A DNA stretch of 64,000 nucleotides, taken from the NCBI RefSeq assembly GCF_006345805.1, contig NC_043000.1, positions 155,992,001 to 156,056,000 on the forward strand. Reading direction: 5' to 3'. The position numbers were made by a program, and so were the translations under genes. Position 1 is the first letter of the stretch; the number at the start of each line of letters is the position of its first letter. The notes beneath the pieces are model-generated. The model did not search any database, had not been told where the DNA came from, and saw nothing but the letters and a program-made list of their open reading frames with translations. The stretch is from Octopus sinensis. Lineage: Eukaryota. Below, one piece after another: positions 24,887 to 36,702 of this stretch.

Positions 24887-25274
24887 TATAAGGATGAGAC
24901 ACATGTTATTTGCCTCTAAATATGTTAATGTTATGGCACGGTTACTGACGAGAATTTCGCCTAACAAATTATTTTATTTGCTAAAAAAATTTGAAACCTA
25001 ATTATAAAGTTTTTATTTTTCATTCCCTTCAAAATTACTCTCAAATGTGGTTTTGGTCGTTTTGACTGCTTCTTCTAGCGTGTAAAATTACTTGTTAAAG
25101 GTAGTTTCTCTTGTGTTTAAATGTACACTATTTTATATTGAGAATATTGAGCAATCAATGGTCTTGTGGCCATTTTTCTAGTTCTTTGTGCTTTGAGTTT
25201 AAATTCTACAGAAGTCAACTTTGCCTGTAATCATTTTGGGGTCAATAAAGAACCAGTCAAATTTTGGAGTTGAT

Positions 25275-25307
<33 letters not shown>

Positions 25308-25668
25308 TACACAAAGTCAAATACAGTTATGTTGCACTGTGAGAGAATCATGAGAAGGTGGATGGGGGCCTTACAGTGTCCCTCAGCTGAAATGGAGGAG
25401 AATTGACCAAGGAACTAACAATCCCTTCTTATTTCACATGCTACTATAACCCTAAAAAATAACCGAGGGACATGGTGGACATAGAAAGACTGAGGTTTCG
25501 TATATGACAGAAATGATTTGCAACATAAAACCCACAAATTTTGGGTTAGAGAAAAGAGAATTAAATTGAGTTCAATACTCGGGTCATGCTTAATTTATTG
25601 ACCCGGAATGGATTAAGAGTAAAGTCATTTATAAAGATTATAATAAAAAAGCGTCTTTAAATACTCAC

Positions 25669-25719
25669 CAATACAAATATAGAAGTAATAATACCAATTA
25701 CTAAATTTCGCATTCGATC
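25669..25719 (-). CDS. TMEM243: TMEM243 coding exon 2, 51 nt (DRMRNLVIGIITSIFVL)
   Basis: Acceptor TTCTTTTCTCCTCTTTACAG, donor TTG|GTGAGT, phase 0-0; resembles DRIINLVVGSLTSLLIL of TMEM243 (recalled). Confidence 0.9.
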
Positions 25720-25967
25720 CTGTAAAGAGGAGAAAAGAATTTATTAATATTGACTGCGTCACCTTTAAAATTTTGATACTTACATAAGTAGGTTCTCACA
25801 ATAACCATTTTAACATTTGTAACTGGTCTTCATTAATCTTCAGAAGACTTCATTCTGCTGTAAGCATACAAAAAAAGGAAAATCTAGTTCCTGTAGATAT
25901 TCAGGAAGGGCAACAGATACACCAAACTCATCTCAAAGAGGATGGGCTTACAAAGGTCATAGATACC

Positions 25968-26187
25968 TATTTCTTTATTACCCACAAGGGGCTAAACATA
26001 GAGGGGACAAACAAGGACAGACATAGGTATTAAGTCAATTACATCGACCCAGTGCGTAACTGGTACTTAATTTACCGACCCCGAAAGGATGAAAAGCAAA
26101 GTCAACCTCGGCAGAATTTGAACTCAGAACGTAACGACAGACGGAATACGGCTACGCATTTCGCCCAGCGTGCTAACGATTCTGCCA
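25968..26187 (-). mobile_element. SINE-A
   Basis: Family match. Confidence 0.85.
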
Positions 26188-26377
26188 ATCTTCTCTAACA
26201 AATTTATTGAATATGAGTAAAAGGAATGGGGCTGTAAATATTAACATATCTAAATTTTCAGTGTAAGTATTTTAGAGCAAGGTCATAAGCTAAAGTCATT
26301 GTGACTCCAAGGAAATACATTGCTTTGATTCGCCTCTCACAGACTTGCTGCTTCTTCTTTTAGTTGTCTCTTATGCT

Positions 26378-26707
26378 GAGACCCCCTTCGGTCATGACTG
26401 ACCATGGGATAGCACCTAGAAAGTTACCCTCCTAGTAACAAGTCAGGGTAAGGTTGTTTATGGAAGACCAGCAGTCACCCATGCATACCGGCCTCCTCTC
26501 TCCACTCCACCAGTGTTATCCAAGGGAAAGATAAAGGTTAATACAGCTTGGCACCTGTGACGTCCCAACTCATTTCTACAGCTGAGCGAACTGGCGCAAC
26601 ATGAAATAAAGTGTCTTGCTCAAGAACACAACACATAGCCCGGTCCAGGATTCAAACTCACAATCTCACAATCGTAAGCTCGACACTCTAACCACTGAGC
26701 CATGCAT
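26378..26707 (-). mobile_element. SINE-D
   Basis: Reverse-complement match to 8036-8373. Confidence 0.8.
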
Positions 26708-26912
26708 CTCTTATACTGCTACTATAACAGCTTCTTCTCATCTGAATTAACAAGCTGTATCCCATTTTCCATGAGGTCCACTTATCACAACCATCTCTCC
26801 TCCTTTCATTATCTCTCTTTGTCTTATTCTGGCTCAACACTTTATTCAGCCACTCTTCTTTAAGAGCAGCAACCTTCCAGGAAGGGTTCTTTGTCTGGTC
26901 ATCATTTATGAA

Positions 26913-27321
26913 GGCGCAGGAGTGGCTGTGTGGTAAGTAGCTTGCTAACCAACCAAATGGTTCCGGGTTCAGTCCCACTGCGTGGCACCTTGGGCAAGTG
27001 ACTTCTGCTATAGCCCCGGGCCGACCAATGCCTTGTGAGTGGATTTGGTAGACGGAAACTGAAAGAAGCCTGTCGTATATATATATGTGTGTGTGTGTAT
27101 GTGTGTGTGTTTGTGTGTGTGTGTGTTTGTCCCCCTAGCATTGCTTGACAACCGATGCTGGTGTGTTTACGTCCCCGTGACTTAGCGGTTCGGCAAAAGA
27201 GACCGATAGAATAAGTACTGGGCTTACAAAGAATAAGTCCCGGGGTCGATTTGCTCGACTAAAGGCGGTGCTCCAGCATGGCCGCAGTCAAATGACTGAA
27301 ACAAGTAAAAGAGTAAAAGAG
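26913..27321 (+). mobile_element. SINE-B
   Basis: Family match. Confidence 0.9.
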
Positions 27322-28449
27322 TAAGTATCAACAGCATTCATCTAACCAATAGGGGAATGTGAATCTCATGATTATGACTCAAACAGTCCTGACTAATTAG
27401 CAAACAATATACTCATTACATAGTAATGTTTAATTCTCTTAGTGGAAACAACTGGCAGATAATGAATTAACACTCATTCCTTTGTTATTTATCTTAACAG
27501 GTCATTCTATATTTTGTTATTGTCTGTATATGCATCCAGAAGAGAGGCTTACTGTGGTAAAAGACTATCTTCCAATGGGTGCTTGTGGAAACTGATGACT
27601 ATTAATATATTGAAATTTAATGAATATTGGAATATGGAAATAATACATTTTACAGGTTCTCCTATTTCTGTTTTGATGCATAAATAGATTTTCATAACAA
27701 CCATGTTGACTTATAGCTAAATACTTCAATCATAATAACCCATAGTTAAGGTTGTTTAAAGTGTAACATCTGAATTAGTTTTGGTGGCACGTAAAAAGCA
27801 CCATTCGACCGTGGCCGTTGCCAGCGCTGCCCCGACTGGCCTCCGTGCTGGTGGCATGTAAAAAGCACCATCCGTCCGTGGCCGTTTGCCAGCCTCGCCT
27901 GGCCCCCGTGCTGGTGGCACGTAAAAAGCACCATACTATAGATAGACTATCTTTATTACCATTATTATCATCTAATGGTCACTTTACTATATTTACATGT
28001 ATCAGACAGAATTAGTTGAGATAGTTTCCTTATGGTCAGGTGCCCTTCCTTTTGCCAACCTTCTCATGTTTCCAAGCAAGGTAATATTTCCCCATAACCA
28101 GACATGGTTTTCAAAGAAGATCAGAACGAACAACATTGCTTGTATGATGGTGATGCTTGTTTACAACCATTATGTGATGTCAAGATAAGGCGCACACACA
28201 TACACAGACACACACACACGACAAGCTAATTCTGGTTCTCAAAGACACAAAAAGTCAGAAACTTGGTGGCTAGGAACAGCCAATTGTATCGCCCACTGCA
28301 CTCAGTTTTATCAACTTAAGAAAGGTACTTATTTTATAGATCCATAGAAGGACTCAAAGACAAAGTTGACCTTAGCAGATGTTCAGGAACATAAAGGAAC
28401 ATAACTATATACTCCAAAGAATTTAGTCTACAATTCTTATAATTCTGCT

Positions 28450-28672
28450 TATTTCTTTATTACCCACAAGGGGCTAAACACAGAGGGGACAAACAAGGAC
28501 AGACATAGGTATTCAGTCGATTACATCGACCCCAGTGCGTAACTGGTACTTAATTTATCAACCTCGAAAAGATGAAAAGCAAAGTCGACCTTGGCGGAAT
28601 TTGAACTCACAACGTAATGACAGACGAAATACGGCTATGCATTTCGCCCGGCGTGCTAACGTTTCTGCCAGC
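28450..28672 (-). mobile_element. SINE-A
   Basis: Family match; TSD TTATAATTCTGCT. Confidence 0.85.
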
Positions 28673-28960
28673 TTATAATTCTGCTGTCATTGATTTCTGA
28701 TTTATGCACATAAAAGAAGTCAACGATGGAGGTGTGGGGGAGAGGAAGAATCCTTAGAGTCATGCCCAAAGTGGCCTGTAGTGTTATTTGGTAATATCCC
28801 TTTATGTTCCGTCTTCTGAGGGATCTCTACATAGTTATTCAAGCTGTTACAAATAGTAGTCAACTTTTCCCAGTTTCAAATCATACAGGACACAAGAAAT
28901 GCTGTAGTCTTACATAACCCTAAAAAGATGGTATGGTGTTGTCATTGATCATAGGTTTGC

Positions 28961-29189
28961 TTAACCCTTTTGATACCAACCCGGCCAAAACTGCCTCTGG
29001 CTCTGTGGTGCAAATGTCTTACTTTCATAAGTATTGAATTAAAATCTTTCACCAAACCTTAGTCACAATTTATGTTCCCAACACTAGCTGAATGATAACT
29101 AAGTTCTTTTACTAAATTCTTTGTTATATTTAAAGTAATTGAAAGAAACATAAAGCATCTCAAAATAAATACGGTAACGAAATGGTTAA
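28961..29189. mobile_element. Second TTAA-flanked MITE family
   Basis: TTAACCCTTTTGATACC ... GGTAACGAAATGGTTAA. Confidence 0.55.
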
Positions 29190-30490
29190 TTGGATTAACT
29201 TGGTGACAAGCAACAACTTAGGTATAAATAAGGTCACGAAATTTAGGAAGATTGCTTAAGTCATCTAAATACACCTGACACTCAGCCTATAAAAACGAGA
29301 GGCAAATTTGCTCAAAGCAGTATTTGGAGTCTGAATATAAAAGGGTATTCTTACTCACTCGGATAAAACAAACAAACAAACACACACACACACACACACC
29401 ACACACACACACACACACATACACACACACATCAAATGTAAAATGGTGAAATAAAAAAAATAATGAAAATTAGTAAAAAATTTCTAAAATTAAATCTGAT
29501 TGCTCTCAGGAACAAAACTCTATGAGATTTATCACAAGACTTGATTGAGAAGAACTTTGATCCATCAACGTTCAATAGTCAAGACAGAATAATAAAATAA
29601 TAATAATTCTGTATTCTGAAATGACATCAAAACAATTGCTGATAATCTAGCCAATGAGAAAGACTGGTTGTGGCTGCTTTTCCTGTTAAGATGTAGGAAT
29701 ATATATACGCATGTGTGTGTGGGTGTGAGTGTGTGTATCTGTGTTTGCCTCACATTGTTTGAGAACAAGTATTGGCTTGTATATGTCCTCATAACTTAGT
29801 AGCTAGACAAGTGATTGTTAAAATAAGTACCAGACTTTAAAAAAAAAATACATACTGGAGTCATTGATTAACTAAACTTTTCAAAATGGTGCTCCAGCAT
29901 GGCCACTGACCAGTTACAGAAACAAATAAAAGAGTAAAAGAATATTGTTTTACAAAAAAAGGGGACACATTTGATAATGTGATCTGATGTACACAATAAT
30001 AATAAGAAGAAAAAAATGATGGATGGCCATGAGTGGAATGGCTTTGATCTCCTAGTATGCTCAGTCAGGGGGTGACCTATTCCTAAACAACAACAACAAC
30101 AACAGCAGCAGCAGCAGCAGCAGCCGCCCCCGCCACCACCACCACCACCACCACTATTGGTAATTAAGTCAGTGAAAGAGATTGGATATGGTAACTTGAT
30201 TTGCTAGATATAGTAGGCAAATCTCCCTCAAAACAAAAAGAAAAAGCAACGTGAAATATGTGGTCCCAGACACATTATTTGCAAAATAAAAACAAAAACA
30301 AAAACAAAAAAAAACATACATAAGCGGGGATGGTCACATTTAGAACACCTTTGATCGTATATCAGCTTAATCAGAGCTGACACGGAGCTAAACGACAACA
30401 GCAACAACTGCAATAACAATGACTACTGATAATATAGTTAGCACCAAATGACCACCCAGGAAATATAGAATGTGTTTAATTTTACATCGT

Positions 30491-30941
30491 TAATAATAAT
30501 AATAATGAAATTATTGTATACAGTGCTGAGGTGCACCATGACTTGTCAAAAGTGCGTATAAAGTATATGCAGTAATGTACAAATGTCTGGAAAGCGAACA
30601 ATGCATGAGTCAGATACATGCTTGCGTGTGTATGGAGGGGGGAAAAATCAGGTGTAGTGTTGGCGAATCTCAGAAAGCATGGAAGTTTTGAAGGATGCAG
30701 TGCTCCGACAACTAACAACTGATGCCGACAGTTTGTTCCATGCTTCAGCAACTCTCAGCATGAAAAAATGTTTCCTGAAGTCATGGGAGCTGTGCTGTTT
30801 TCTGACTTTGTAAACATGTCCACAGGTGTTAGACGGGTGGAGTTTGAAAAGGTGCTCAGAGTTATTGTTTGTAAGATGGTTGATAATTATATAGGTATCT
30901 GCCAAGTCAGCTGCCAGACGTCGGAGTTTCAATGTGTCCAT
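30491..30941 (-). mobile_element. CR1-clade LINE 3' end
   Basis: LKLRRLAADL..KII..TxGHVYK..RKHFFxLRVAEAWNKL..VV..FK; (ATT)n tail. Confidence 0.8.
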
Positions 30942-31089
30942 GTTCGTTAATAAACGAAGCAAACAAGTACCGCATACATACAGAGAACTATTTACACACA
31001 CAGACACAAATGCGAACAGATACACACAAGCACGCAAATATGAAGAGTGTAAAGGCAAGCATAGACATGGAGATGAAAGCACACACACA

Positions 31090-31641
31090 TCATCATCATT
31101 GTTTGACCATGGTCGAGACAATGGAATTTACCATGCTACGCCAGACTTCACGGTCCATCATGGCATTACAGAGGTCCTGTTGTTGGATGCCTGTATCCCT
31201 GGAGATTACGTCAGGGTAGGAGAGCGTGCATCCTCTGGTATCATGAGCAGATGGCTTCAGAGGAGAAGAGTAGAAATTGCCTCGTTTTCAGCTCTACAAC
31301 AATGTCCAGCAAACTGGACTCTCCTACCTTTCACAAGAGATGACACAGGTGGTAGTTTCCCATATATTTGCATTTTGGTTGGAAGGTGCTTCCACGAGAG
31401 ATTTTGAGCTCTCATAAGGAGGCGAGTGTAGGTTCCATCCAACCGCCTCTAAAGCTTCTTTGATAACATCCAGGTTTCTGAGCCATATAGTAGAATTGGT
31501 TCGACTGTGGCTTTGAAGATTTCAAGTTTGAAGTCTCTACTTAGATTTGATGACCAGATCTTATGCATGTCATTACAGGCTGACCAGGCCATACCCTTTC
31601 TAGTTAGAAAATCTTTTCCAGATGATGATATGTATGACCCA
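31090..31641 (-). mobile_element. RTE-B (RTE/RTEX-like) LINE 3' fragment flanked by 72 bp direct repeats
   Basis: YLGSYI..ILLYGSETW..DGTYTRLLMRAQN..FAGHC; (GAT)n tail. Confidence 0.8.
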
Positions 31642-32069
31642 AGATACACGCAAGCACGCATGTGTGAGGAGTGTAAAGGCAAGCATAGACATGGAGAAGA
31701 AAGCACACACACAAACAAACATATGAAAGCAAAGCTACACACTTACAAAGCCATACACACTTGTGTAAAGCACAAGTATGCGTGTACAACAGTGGTTCCC
31801 GACTTGTGGTCCAAGGACCCATTGGTGGTCCACAAAGGTAGTACCGGGGGTTCATGAACTAAATTCAAAATTTCATGAGCAAATCAACCCTCGTCTCTTT
31901 TGCCGAACCGCTAAGTTATAGGGACGTAAACACCCCAGCATCGGTTGTCACGCGATGCTGGGGGAACAAATACAGACACACAAGCATATACACACACATA
32001 TATATTTTCACTGCGTCTTGCAACCTTTTCAATAGTTGTTGATTCTGTCTGTTATCCAAACTGCGATTT

Positions 32070-32466
32070 TTTTTGTTTGTGCGCGTGTGTGTGGGTCAGT
32101 GTGCATGCGCATACACACGTGTGTGTGTGTATGTGTGTATGTATTCTGCATATTCATTTGTTTATGTGTTCGTGCTTGTGTGTTTGTATGTGTTTGTGTA
32201 TGTGTGTGTTTGTATGTGTGTGTGCATGTCTGAGTGTGTCTGTGTATGGGTTTTTGTGACTATGTATGTGTGTCTCCATGTGTCCTTCTGTGAAGTGTGC
32301 ATGTGTGTATATGGTCATGTGTTTCAGTCTTCATTTGTGTAGGTATGTGTGTATGTGTACTTGTCTGATCATATTACCTATGTACCTATCTATCTGTATA
32401 TCTGTCTGTTTACATTCATATCCATTTACCTACATATATATGCATACACATGTGTGTATATATATA
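32070..32466. repeat. Degenerate (TG)n/(TA)n tract
   Basis: Seen directly; explains the Val/Cys-rich ORFs. Confidence 0.9.
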
Positions 32467-32752
32467 TCACCGTGACTGACCAGGCTATCAGATGTTGCTA
32501 CACATCGCTGGTCACAATGCGTTTCGCATTGTTTTAGCCTTTAAATGACACCACCCCGCTGGCTAAGCGAGCAGGCCAATAGAAGAAAGAGTGAGAGAAA
32601 GTGTGACGAAAGAGTACAACATGGATCGCCACCATCCCTTGCAGGGGCCTCATGGAGCTATAGGTGTTTTCGCTCAATAAACACTCACAACGCCCGGTCT
32701 GGGAATCGAAACCGCGAGTCCGCTGCCCTAACCACTGGGCCATTGCACCTCC
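32467..32752 (-). mobile_element. SINE-C, left arm of an inverted pair
   Basis: Reverse complement of 32912-33185 apart from a 12 bp deletion and a longer 3' end. Confidence 0.9.
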
Positions 32753-32754
32753 AC

Positions 32755-32824
<70 letters not shown>

Positions 32825-32830
32825 TATATA

Positions 32831-32909
<79 letters not shown>

Positions 32910-32911
32910 GT

Positions 32912-33180
32912 GGAGGTGCAATGGCCCAGTGGTTAGGGCAGCGGACTCGCGGTCGTAGGATCGCGGTTTCGATTCCCAGACCGGGCGTTGTGAGTGTTTA
33001 TTGAGCGAAAACACCTATAGCTCCATGAGGCCCCTGCAAGGGATGGTGGCGATCCATGTTGTACTCTTTCGTCACACTTTCTCTCACTCTTTCTTCTATT
33101 GGCCTGCTCGCTTAGCCAGCGGGGTGGTGTCATTTAAAGGCTAAAACAATGCGAAACGCATTGTGACCAGCGATGTGTAG

Positions 33181-33185
<5 letters not shown>
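32912..33185 (+). mobile_element. SINE-C, right arm of an inverted pair
   Basis: Family match; shares private variants with the left arm. Confidence 0.9.
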
Positions 33186-33216
<31 letters not shown>

Positions 33217-33299
33217 CATGCACACACACATGTCTACATAACAGCCCACTAACTATTCTACCTGTATATATATATATATAAACTGTGGTATAGGAGTAT

Positions 33300-35205
33300 G
33301 ACTACCTACTACATATATTTCCTATTTAGTATTGAGGATGTTTCATTTATCAGGATGTACTCCTGTATTTGTCTGAGTATTGGGGCCTTCAGGTGCTAGA
33401 ATAAAATGCAGATGTCAAGTTGACCCAGGTTGCCTCCATGTTAATCTTTGGCATGTCGGAGTATCGAGGACTGTTTTTTTATCGTCATATTGTCTCAAAT
33501 TGTCATCTAATCTTTCCACAATGCTTCTAGAAGTCTCACCTATGTATATCATGTTCTTGTCTTTACAAATACCTTCTATGCACCTTATTCTGTAGACTAC
33601 ATTTCTAGTTCAACAGTTAATACCAGGATTAATCTTACATACCATGCAGTTATCACTGGTGCATGTGGTATTCTCAAAGGGGTATGTCCTACAGTGTTGT
33701 ACTCTGATGGAGCTCCCTGGCTTTTCAACGATCTTAATGTTGGGTTTGGCCTCTTTCAGAGCTTTCTTAAATCTACAGGCTAGTTCTCCATGGGCTGTGG
33801 CCTCTACAAACATCACTCTTTGATATTTGTCGGTCTTGTACCACGTGTTTACCCTATTTGCTTTGTCAAAAACTCTTTGTATTCTATTCCAGTCATTGCT
33901 TCTATATCTAGGGCAGGTACCACTGGTTTCACTACATATGTTATCTAACTTCTTTCTAGCACCCCAGTATACCCGAACCCTATCTTTCTGACTATATCCA
34001 GAGAATTGCATGTGGTGCATCAAGTTCTGTACATGTTTCTTTGCTTCATAGGGTTTGCACATAGTGGGGACACATTCTTCATTATCCTAACTAAGTCTGC
34101 AATCAGTATGTAAATTTTCATGTTGTGTGACAAAGCTGAGTTCTTGTGAGCAACATATTTCGAAGATGTGTCGGAGTCTACTTCTAGCTAAGGAGATCTT
34201 TGCTTCTGTCTTACTGTCAATCTGAGGTGGGATGCACACCCTTTTAAGGAAGGGTAAGTCTGTGGGGTAGATCCTTGTCATTTCATATAATTTGTTGTTG
34301 GGGTTATAGAAGACAGAATGTAGGGTGTTGTTATAGTTGTGGTTGTTGTTGTTATAGTTGATGGCATCATGGCGGTAGTGGTGGTAGTGCTTGCATAGTG
34401 TCCATTGCTGTTGTTGTTATTGTTGTGCATGGTGTTGGTGTTGATGTGGGCAGTGGTGTTGTTGGTAGTGGTGTGGATGATGTGGTTGGTATTGTTGTCT
34501 GAGGCAGCGAGCTGGCAGAAACGTTAGCACGCCGGCGGTATTTCGTCTGCCTTACGTTGTGAGTTCAAATTCCGCCGAGGTCGACTTTGCCTTTCATCCT
34601 TTCGGGGTTGATAAATTAAGTACCAGTTACGCACTGGGGTCGATGTAATCGACTTTAATACCTATGTCTGTCCTTGTTTGTCCCCTCTGTGTTTAGCCCC
34701 TTGTGAGTAATAAAGAAATAGGTATTGTTGTCTGTGTGTGACATGTTGTCATTGTTGTTGTTGCTATTATCATTATATTGTTGTTATAATTGTTGTTTTG
34801 GCTTTGTATGTTTGTGTTGCTGCTGTTGTTATAGTTGTTTGAGTGGGGAAATGTGGTTATCATTGTTGCTATTGTTATTGTTACTATTGTTGTTTTCATT
34901 GCTATTGTTATTGTTTTGGTTTCCTATGTTTGTATTGTTGTTGTTGTATTGTCCTAACCTCCATCTTAATTTTAAGAACGTTTTTTCAATCTCAGACAGG
35001 CAATCAATTTTTCTGACCTTTTTATATGTAGTGGATTTTGGTGGCAACTCTAAAGCATGCATTTCATCTGTATCTAGCTGTACTGCACTGTATATTCCAG
35101 AGGTGTAATTGTTGTTGTTGTTGGCGTTGTTGCTGGCGGTGGAGGTATTGCTTTTTGGTGTCCTGGTGCCAAAATCCTCTAGTAGTTTACATTCCGACAT
35201 GAAAA
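33300..35205 (-). mobile_element. Penelope-like retroelement relic (Naiad-like): N-terminus, RT thumb, Cys linker and GIY-YIG; RT core missing
   Basis: LELPPK..EIEKTFLKLRW; YVAHKNSA..MKNVSP; MQFSGY; VMFVEAT..GEL; C-x4-C-x2-C; VVY..YIGETSR; LRQIQE..LNRK. Confidence 0.8.
34503..34720 (+). mobile_element. SINE-A inside the (AAC)-rich part of the Penelope relic
   Basis: Family match; TSD GGTATTGTTGTCTG. Confidence 0.85.
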
Positions 35206-35230
35206 TCCCATCGATACATATATATATATA

Positions 35231-35434
35231 TGTGACCGCGTGTGTATCGTTGGCAATTTCTTTTCTCTGTCTTCCCTTCCTTGGACCTTGCCTTTTTCTA
35301 TGTTTCTGACGAAGAGCTCCGCTCGAAATGTTAAATCTTCCTTGTTTCTTTCCTTTCCTGAGTGTCTAATAACACCATACTTGTTGCACGTCCTCGCGTT
35401 ATTGTGTTTTCTCTTTGTTCATGTTTGGATTAAC
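35231..35434 (+). mobile_element. ~200 bp (TA)n-tailed element with a hammerhead motif (solo pLTR/retrozyme-like)
   Basis: Second copy at 54800-54986 in the opposite orientation. Confidence 0.65.
35302..35336 (+). ncRNA. Minimal type I hammerhead ribozyme motif (slightly degenerate)
   Basis: GTTT CTGACGA A GAGC TCC GCTC GAA ATGT T AAAT. Confidence 0.55.
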
Positions 35435-35633
35435 TATATATATATATATAATATATATATATATATACACACACACACATGTATATATATGTGTGTGTGT
35501 GTGTATATATATGTGTGTGTGTGTATATATATATATACACACACACAGGTGAACACATAAGTGCAAAACAAGGTGAAAAATAGCACTTGAATACCAATGA
35601 TAGAGTAATATGCTTTTATTAAAGCTGCAAAAA

Positions 35634-35677
<44 letters not shown>

Positions 35678-35950
35678 CCCTATGTCAAGCAGACTATCTG
35701 ATGTTGTTATACCTCGCTTGTTACAGTGTGCTTATTCACATTGTTGTGACTTTTGAATGATGTTACCTTGCTGGCTAGGTGGGCAGGAAGGCCAGCATTT
35801 CTCCTGAACCGGATGCCAGTCTGTTGCAGGGTTAGCTATTTACAGCTGAGTGAAATGAAGTATTTTGCTGAAGAATACAATTCACCGCTAGTCTGAGAAT
35901 TGAAACCATGAATTTGTGACTGTGAGTGTAACATCCTAACCACACATATA

Positions 35951-36158
35951 TCTCTTTTACTTGTTTCAGTCATTTGACTGCGGCCATGCTGGAGCACCGC
36001 CTTTAATCAAGCAACTTGACCCCGGAACTTATTCTTTTTGTAAGCCCAGTACTTATTCTATCGGTCCCTTTTGCCAAACCGCTAAGTGACGGGGACATAA
36101 ACACACCAGCATCAGTTGTCAAGCAATGCTAGGGGGACAAACACAGACACACAAACAA

Positions 36159-36203
<45 letters not shown>

Positions 36204-36368
36204 TACGACAGGCTTCTTTCAGTTTCCGTCTACCAAATCCACTCACAAGGCATTGGTCGGCCCAGGGCTATAGCAGAAGACACTTGCCCAAGATGCCACG
36301 CAGTGAGACTGAACCTGGAACCATGTGGTTGGTTAGCAAGCTATTTACCACACAGCCACTCCTGCGCC
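35951..36368 (-). mobile_element. SINE-B
   Basis: Family match. Confidence 0.9.
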
Positions 36369-36702
36369 TATGTATATATGTATATAAATATGATGTGATA
36401 CTTTCTGTTTCCATCAACCAAATCCACTCACAAGTCTTTGTGGGGGTGCGTGGCTTAGTGGTTAGAGTGTTGAACTCATGATCGTAAGATTGTGGTTTCG
36501 GTTCCTGGACTGGGTGACATGTTGGGTTCTTGAGCAAAACGCTTCATTTCACGTTGCTCCAGTCCACTCAGCTGGCAAAAATGAGCAATCCTGTGACAGA
36601 CCAGCAACTTGTCCAGATAAGGAATATATATGCCATGAAACCAAGAAATCCACCTTTTATGAGTTGGTATAACTCGAGAAGGTAACTATATTTTAACTTC
36701 AC

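Noticed and set aside
31945-33133. ORFs rich in CV or YI repeats (also near 17030-17299 and 35240-35673)
   Set aside because: These are translations of (TG)n and (TA)n microsatellites and SINE sequence.
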